Virus record (IMG/VR): IMGVR_UViG_3300020436_000010
From: an uncultured virus (IMG/VR IMGVR_UViG_3300020436_000010)
Taxonomy: Duplodnaviria; Heunggongvirae; Uroviricota; Caudoviricetes
Strand: one strand, 5' to 3'
DNA: 64,000 nucleotides
Shown: piece by piece, positions 58,451 through 64,000 of the stretch
Numbering within the stretch: position 1 is the stretch's first letter
Layout of the letters: each line of letters begins with the position of its first letter
The notes under the pieces: generated by a model
The model's input: only the letters and a program-made list of their open reading frames with translations
What the model was told of the DNA's origin: nothing
The model's database searches: none
Program-made: the position numbers and the translations under genes

Positions 58451-61148
58451 ATGTTATATCACCCTCTTTTAATAACGTAGTGCCATCCTTGTGTGTTTTA
58501 TCCAGATATGAATCTCCAGAGCATTGTATTGAAATAGGCTCTTTAGTTATTGCACATTTTTTATCAGGAAATACGAATGTGTTAAGCCAAAGATCATATG
58601 TGTCCCAACCAGTATTCTCAAACTTTTCAATGAAATACGACTTTTTAGTTGTCGGTACGAGATAACAATGTGCTTCAGACATTCTATCTGTTATGCCAAA
58701 GAATTCATGCTCTTCATAATGCCAATCAGGAATTCGTTTGCCAAATGACATGTAATTCAAATCATTATACATCAATTCATCGTAACTGTCAATAATTATT
58801 TTAAATATTTCTTCAGGCGGTTTAATAAAAATTGCATCACATTCGCAAAAAAGCACGGCATCAAAATCATCAATCATATGATTTTCAAACACTTTTCTGT
58901 GTGCTACATAATTACCATAATGAGCACCTGTTAATTTGTAATCACCAGGTTCTAACTGCACTACATCTGGTCTTGCACAAGTATCAGCAGGGGGTAAATC
59001 GGTGTATCTTTCGTTCATCGATTGCTCATATACCCAACCAGAAACTTCAATTAATCGATGCATGTGTTTAATACTTTCGGTTTCTCTTGGGCCATTCGTA
59101 TTGCATAACATATGTACGATTTTAATTTTAGGAAATCTTTTTGCCCATAATTGTCCAAGACCATTTTCATCAGGTTGAGAACTTTCAATATGTTTTCTTT
59201 CAACATCGAAACCAAGAGATATTAAACGTTTTTCAATATCTTTACTTCTTTTATAGTGGTGTTCTAACCCTTTGTCATTGTTAAATTGATGCAACTCTGC
59301 ACTTATTTTTCTCACTTTATATTTAAGAAAATCATCAGATATTGTAGGAAAAATATCCCATTCGGCACCTTCACAATCCAATTTAATAGCATCTATTCTA
59401 TCGATATTATTGTTCTTAATGAATTGATCAAAAGGAACTGTATTAACTTCTATAGTTTTTGTTTGTCCTAGTGACGTTGGATTTTCTTTTTGAGTATTAT
59501 AACTTTCATAAAAAGAATTTGTGCTACTAGGACCGACCAATAAAAATTCTTTTCGTCCAATTTCTTTATCTAAGGCTAGATGATATTTTTTAACATTATC
59601 AAATTCTTTTAAATTTTTACATAATATCTTGAAATTTTCGTGTGACGGCTCAACAATATGAACTGTCTTGGCACCTTGATTCAATGCATACAGACTAAAG
59701 AATCCATAATGCCCTCCAACATCAAGAACTGTATCATTTTTTGAAATATTCATTTTACTATAAACTTTTGAAAGAAATACTTCATTCATAGAGAACCATG
59801 AAGAAGGATCATCTTCCGTACCTATCACATCTATTTCCTTATTCTGTACAACTACCGAAGCAATGTCTCTATCAAAATTATATTGTTTTTCAAAAAGTAA
59901 ATGATGATTGTTTATTCTATTATGATTGACATCTCTTAAACTCGAAAAGAAATTTTCATTCGCATCAAAAATTTTTAAAATAAGACCATCAACAAATGAT
60001 GGTAAGGCATTTGGCATAATAAACATATTTTGAGCCATCACCTTTGATCTCATAATACATAAGTTGTTTCTAGAATCATAAACACAAATCAGTTTGTTTT
60101 CTAATGCTGACCATGCTCTATCAGAAAAATTAATATTGATCTTAACAGGTTTTGACATATCTCCATCATATTCACACCAAGAATTTACATCTCCATCCTT
60201 TAGATCTAGAACGTGTTTTATTTTTAGAAAATTCAAATTATTTTGATCTGATAGATAGATCGCTTTTCTATCATATTTGTCAAGATAAGAATCAATTTTA
60301 TGCATCAATATCGGTATATTCCAACTGTATGCTTCTTTTAAAACTAATGGATTCGTTTCTTTATCACCATCATGACCTCTAGAGGTGAATAAAAATAAAT
60401 CCATACATGAATAAAAATTTTCTGTATCTTTTCTTTCACCCCAAATGATGCAGTTTTGAGGTTTTGAATTCATTAAAGGTTCCCAATAACTTTGAAAATT
60501 TGGTGCTTGATTACCTACAAAATGAAACTGAATTTTTTCATTTTCTAATTGTCTCGCATATTCAAAAATCTCACCTTGATTTTTTCTTGCAGTAAAAAGA
60601 CCTACATTCAAAACATGTTTAAATTCTGGATCAAGACCAAGTAATTTAAGACCTTCTTCACGAGGTTTTCTTTTAAAATTGTATTCAGGATATTCAATAA
60701 CACATGAAGGAACATCAATTGATCTAAATTTTACAAGTTGATTATCACTACAGAACAAAAATTTGTCAGGAAAAAATCTTTTCTTTTTAGGATCAAAAGA
60801 TGAATCATGCGATGTTTCAAAGATTTTATATTTGCGATTCGGATGATAAATCAATTGTGTTAATTCTTCTGAAATATCAAACAGTTCTGGCATTTCTTCA
60901 AAATGTATTATATCAGGTCTGATATTTTTGATGTGTGTCATAAGTTCATACTTATCTTCTTGTAATGTAATGAGAGGATTTTTAAGTATGTCTATTATTT
61001 GATCTTTTTGTATTCTGAATATACCAAAATCTTGAAACTCAATGACATGAACATCATATTCATCTATTATTAGTTCTAGTTTTTTAAGTAAATATTGGGG
61101 AGCCCCACCTGTAGATAGGTGAGGTGTCACATAAAGAAGTTTTTGCAT
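58440..61148 (-). CDS. Fusion: GT4-like + FkbM-family methyltransferase + GT25-like, 902 aa
   Basis: PHLSTGGAPQYL, VGLF..RKNQ, MDLFLFTS, E.NPLVLKEA; VLDVGGHYGFFS..EPS..IDAIKLDCEGAE; G.YGNY.AH..CECDA. Confidence 0.85.
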   Translation of the reverse strand: MQKLLYVTPHLSTGGAPQYLLKKLELIIDEYDVHVIEFQDFGIFRIQKDQIIDILKNPLITLQEDKYELMTHIKNIRPDIIHFEEMPELFDISEELTQLIYHPNRKYKIFETSHDSSFDPKKKRFFPDKFLFCSDNQLVKFRSIDVPSCVIEYPEYNFKRKPREEGLKLLGLDPEFKHVLNVGLFTARKNQGEIFEYARQLENEKIQFHFVGNQAPNFQSYWEPLMNSKPQNCIIWGERKDTENFYSCMDLFLFTSRGHDGDKETNPLVLKEAYSWNIPILMHKIDSYLDKYDRKAIYLSDQNNLNFLKIKHVLDLKDGDVNSWCEYDGDMSKPVKININFSDRAWSALENKLICVYDSRNNLCIMRSKVMAQNMFIMPNALPSFVDGLILKIFDANENFFSSLRDVNHNRINNHHLLFEKQYNFDRDIASVVVQNKEIDVIGTEDDPSSWFSMNEVFLSKVYSKMNISKNDTVLDVGGHYGFFSLYALNQGAKTVHIVEPSHENFKILCKNLKEFDNVKKYHLALDKEIGRKEFLLVGPSSTNSFYESYNTQKENPTSLGQTKTIEVNTVPFDQFIKNNNIDRIDAIKLDCEGAEWDIFPTISDDFLKYKVRKISAELHQFNNDKGLEHHYKRSKDIEKRLISLGFDVERKHIESSQPDENGLGQLWAKRFPKIKIVHMLCNTNGPRETESIKHMHRLIEVSGWVYEQSMNERYTDLPPADTCARPDVVQLEPGDYKLTGAHYGNYVAHRKVFENHMIDDFDAVLFCECDAIFIKPPEEIFKIIIDSYDELMYNDLNYMSFGKRIPDWHYEEHEFFGITDRMSEAHCYLVPTTKKSYFIEKFENTGWDTYDLWLNTFVFPDKKCAITKEPISIQCSGDSYLDKTHKDGTTLLKEGDITYEI

Positions 61149-61169
61149 AATTTTATATGTTTTGTGTTA

Positions 61170-61457
61170 TTGGTTGTTTCTGTTCCCAGGCACAACCAGA
61201 AAAGCCCGTAGCAATTAAGCGGCTAAAGCCACTTGTGCTGAGGTATAATCGTTGTTGTTTGCGATTATTATAACAGACATTTTTACATCTGTCAAGATGT
61301 GTCTCCTCTGCTCATTCACATACAGTCGAATTCCTAAACACCCCCTTATTCTTGACTTTTCTTTAAAATATGCTATCATAATATCATTTATAAATATTGG
61401 TGGAGGTGGTGGGAATTGAACCCACGTCCTGTCCTGCTATCTCTCAGAATCATTGAC
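61170..61457 (-). ncRNA. ssrA: Circularly permuted (two-piece) tmRNA
   Basis: On the - strand: acceptor piece ending GGACGTGGGTTCAATTCCCACCACCTCCACCA (CCA ends at 61398); ~52-nt intervening segment; coding piece starting GGGGGTG...TTCGAC (61345). Acceptor stem has G3.U70. Tag ORF 61262-61215 = ANNNDYTSAQVALAA*. Outer boundaries are approximate. Confidence 0.93.
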
Positions 61458-61462
61458 ATAAA

Positions 61463-61470
61463 TATTTATA
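61463..61470 (-). promoter_or_regulatory. T4-type late promoter TATAAATA for the tmRNA (overlaps a + strand CATAAATA at 61457-61464)
   Basis: Exact consensus just upstream of the acceptor piece. Confidence 0.7.
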
Positions 61471-61489
61471 TAACACTTTTGGACACATT

Positions 61490-63142
61490 ATGGCATATAC
61501 TCCGGCAGAAGCAGATAGAATATTATTTAATTCAGCATCAGATGCAATTAAAAGAATGTCAGATTCGCAAATCGATGCAGTTTCGAAAAAATTACAAGAA
61601 TATTATGCTTTAAAATTATATGAATCTAATTGGAGTGTTACTGGTGATAGTCCATCAACTGGTAATACTTTACCTGAAGTTACTTATGGTGGTGTCTATA
61701 TGGCACAAAGCAATGAATATTCAGTATCAGGTTCTTCTACTGATGTTACTAATAGAGGTTCATTATCAGATACCGTTTGGAATTCTCAGACAGTAAGTAA
61801 TCCAAATGATGATGATCCACAAGCACAACCAAATGCATTTGCTGGTGATGACGATGATTCTTTTAGCCCAGGGAACTTTACGTCAAATCCCGCTTCAATG
61901 ACATCAAGCACTCAGGCTACATACAATTGTTTTCAAAGAACTAACCCAGACTATCTTTCAGCCAGAACAACCCTTACTTCTGGTCTTTCTCCAGGTGATC
62001 TCAATAGATATTGGGGTTATGTCAAAGCAAATGCAACTACTGGTTTTGTACAAGCAGAAGCCGATGCACAAAAAGTCAGAGAAATAATTTTTACAAATGT
62101 GAATAGTAACATAAGAAGCACAAGTAATGATAGATGGGGATCTTATTTTTTGAGTTCTACTAATCCAAGCACAGGTGCAAGTGATAGTGGATGGTATTTC
62201 GTAGGTAAATTTGGTGGCGCTAATTCAACCACTGCAGGATATAATGAAGCATTTAGAGATCAAACAAGTGCCCATGCAAGCGTGACTTCTGTATTATTAT
62301 ATGGTGGTTCTGGTAATAATGCAACAAATATAACCTATTATCTTTTTCAAAAAATTCCACAAGGAAGTGATTTTTCAGGTGAAATTGCTCAACCACTTAG
62401 AAGTCATAGATTTAAAATAACAAAAGTATCAGGAACTGCACAAGATGACGAAGGTTCTCATGCAGGAGTAAATGATTATTTTGCATATGGCAATTATGAT
62501 GGTGATATTGGTTCGTACTTCTATATCAAAGTTCAAGCAACGTCTGGCAATTATTACGCATCAAGCGATTTATCAAACCCATCAGATTCAAGTAGTTTTG
62601 ATACAGGTACAACCTATAGTGCTAGTCATGATAACACAAATGGCACGTTATATCCATCAGGAAGTTCATCTAATGGTTTTGTACGTGTATTGATAAATCC
62701 TAGATTTGCAGGTAGTTATAGCACAAATACCGTTTATAAAGTTGAAAAGGTATCGATGTTGAGAGAAATAAGAATGCCTGACATTGAATATTATAGCAGA
62801 TTATATACACAAGGCACGTATTTAGGTTTTGGAAGCACTATCACAGATTACAACAATCAATCTGCCTATAGAAACGATCTACAAAATTCTCTCTATTTAA
62901 TACATTATCTTTACAAATATTATACCTTAGGGAGATATCATCCCATATATACTTTAGAAAGTACAACTGCAGGCACTGGAGAATTTAATCACGGATCGAT
63001 TCATGACACTAAAAAGGGTATAAGCAGTGGCACAACTGTTGGACCTACATTAGATGGTAGTACATATTATATTGCAAGAGTACCCAGTGGGGGACTTGTA
63101 ACACAATCATCAAGATATTTAAATTCAACATCCGATATTTAA
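61490..63142 (+). CDS. Hypothetical Ser/Thr/Gly/Tyr-rich protein (possibly virion), 550 aa
   Basis: Long ORF with structural-protein-like composition and late promoter motifs upstream. Confidence 0.8.
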   Translation: MAYTPAEADRILFNSASDAIKRMSDSQIDAVSKKLQEYYALKLYESNWSVTGDSPSTGNTLPEVTYGGVYMAQSNEYSVSGSSTDVTNRGSLSDTVWNSQTVSNPNDDDPQAQPNAFAGDDDDSFSPGNFTSNPASMTSSTQATYNCFQRTNPDYLSARTTLTSGLSPGDLNRYWGYVKANATTGFVQAEADAQKVREIIFTNVNSNIRSTSNDRWGSYFLSSTNPSTGASDSGWYFVGKFGGANSTTAGYNEAFRDQTSAHASVTSVLLYGGSGNNATNITYYLFQKIPQGSDFSGEIAQPLRSHRFKITKVSGTAQDDEGSHAGVNDYFAYGNYDGDIGSYFYIKVQATSGNYYASSDLSNPSDSSSFDTGTTYSASHDNTNGTLYPSGSSSNGFVRVLINPRFAGSYSTNTVYKVEKVSMLREIRMPDIEYYSRLYTQGTYLGFGSTITDYNNQSAYRNDLQNSLYLIHYLYKYYTLGRYHPIYTLESTTAGTGEFNHGSIHDTKKGISSGTTVGPTLDGSTYYIARVPSGGLVTQSSRYLNSTSDI

Positions 63143-63153
63143 GGAGAAATAAA

Positions 63154-63891
63154 ATGGCACAAGATGAAGCCACTATTGACGATTTAAACAAAGCGTTAGA
63201 ATTTGATTATGACACCTCAGTTATCGGATCAACATCAAAAGATAATTTTTATGCCGATCCGAATAATGACGAATTTATATGGCCAGAAGATTATGTTAGA
63301 ATTAACACTGTAAGATGGGCAGACATGATTACTGGTCCAAATAGTCCTAATCCAAATCTTTTCGTAGAATCGTTTGATGGTAGAATAAACAATTTAGATT
63401 TAATACCATATAAACCAACAAAAGAAGATTATGATAAAGCAGGCACTCCTGTTTCTATTTTAATAAAATCATTTCTTGAATCACCATTTAATGATATTGA
63501 AATGATCACGAGAGAAACAACAAGATACGCTAACAAAATAGAAGCAGAACAAAAGAGATATAATGCTTTTATAGCATCTTATGATCCAGAAGAACAACGA
63601 CTTTTTGAAGAATGGAAAAATGGTAAAAGCGAAGACGAATCAACAAAAACAATAGATCCAGTTGAAACAAATTTTGATACAGTTTCAGAATCAGAACCAA
63701 GAAGTGTATGGGAATTATTATCTCAAGCAACCACTGAGGATTTATTCAAATTTAAATTAGATATTTTTGAACAAGAAGTTGTACAAAATTCAGAAGATAG
63801 AGAACTTAGAGGTAAAATTAGAAAAGCAAAATCTATTTGTGAAGTTTGTGCCGCTTATCAAAATCTTTTGGATGCAGAAACAACGGAATAA
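63154..63891 (+). CDS. Hypothetical acidic protein, 245 aa
   Basis: AAGGAG RBS; long ORF. Confidence 0.8.
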   Translation: MAQDEATIDDLNKALEFDYDTSVIGSTSKDNFYADPNNDEFIWPEDYVRINTVRWADMITGPNSPNPNLFVESFDGRINNLDLIPYKPTKEDYDKAGTPVSILIKSFLESPFNDIEMITRETTRYANKIEAEQKRYNAFIASYDPEEQRLFEEWKNGKSEDESTKTIDPVETNFDTVSESEPRSVWELLSQATTEDLFKFKLDIFEQEVVQNSEDRELRGKIRKAKSICEVCAAYQNLLDAETTE

Positions 63892-63894
63892 AAA

Positions 63895-64000
63895 ATGGCT
63901 ATTCAAAGACCCCTGAGATGGGATAACACGTTAAGTGCATTAAAAGAGATGTCTGATACCGATTTAGAGCAAATGGCTTATTTTTTAAGGTATCAATGGG
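63895..64000 (+). CDS. Partial hypothetical protein (runs off the right edge)
   Basis: MAIQRPLRWDNTLSALKEMSDTDLEQMAYFLRYQW; N-terminus resembles that of 61490 (AIKRMSDSQID). Confidence 0.7.
   Translation, partial: MAIQRPLRWDNTLSALKEMSDTDLEQMAYFLRYQW

Noticed and set aside
61398..61432. Stand-alone tRNA gene
   Set aside because: Only the T-arm and 3' acceptor strand are present; the matching 5' strand lies downstream with a tag ORF, so it is a permuted tmRNA
61416..61613. 65-aa + strand ORF
   Set aside because: Overlaps the tmRNA and lies off-frame over the 550-aa gene; no RBS

Overview
This AT-rich window is part of a large T4-like (Tevenvirinae/Kyanoviridae-style) myophage genome, probably marine. 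Positions 1-51.4 kb are the morphogenesis region: portal, tail tube and sheath, terminase, neck, baseplate wedge and hub, gp4/gp2, the gp26/gp51-like pair and a likely tape measure. The gp32-gp59-gp33 block follows, then a three-gene island with two giant multi-domain glycosyltransferases, a circularly permuted (two-piece) tmRNA gene and unknown + strand genes. Main observations: (1) a permuted tmRNA with tag ANNNDYTSAQVALAA behind a T4 late promoter. (2) A four-domain glycosyltransferase ending in an AAH/TibC-type protein O-heptosyltransferase domain, in a genome that also encodes a collagen/Gly-Ser-Ala repeat protein missed by the ORF track; together these suggest a virion glycosylation system. 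(3) A T-TTT-TTC -1 slippery site that would fuse gp26 to the gp51-like ORF just upstream of the tape measure, as in lambda G/GT. (4) A recurring NATAAATA-N5-ATG arrangement suggesting leaderless late mRNAs. All product calls come from recognising motifs and synteny by eye; no searches were run.
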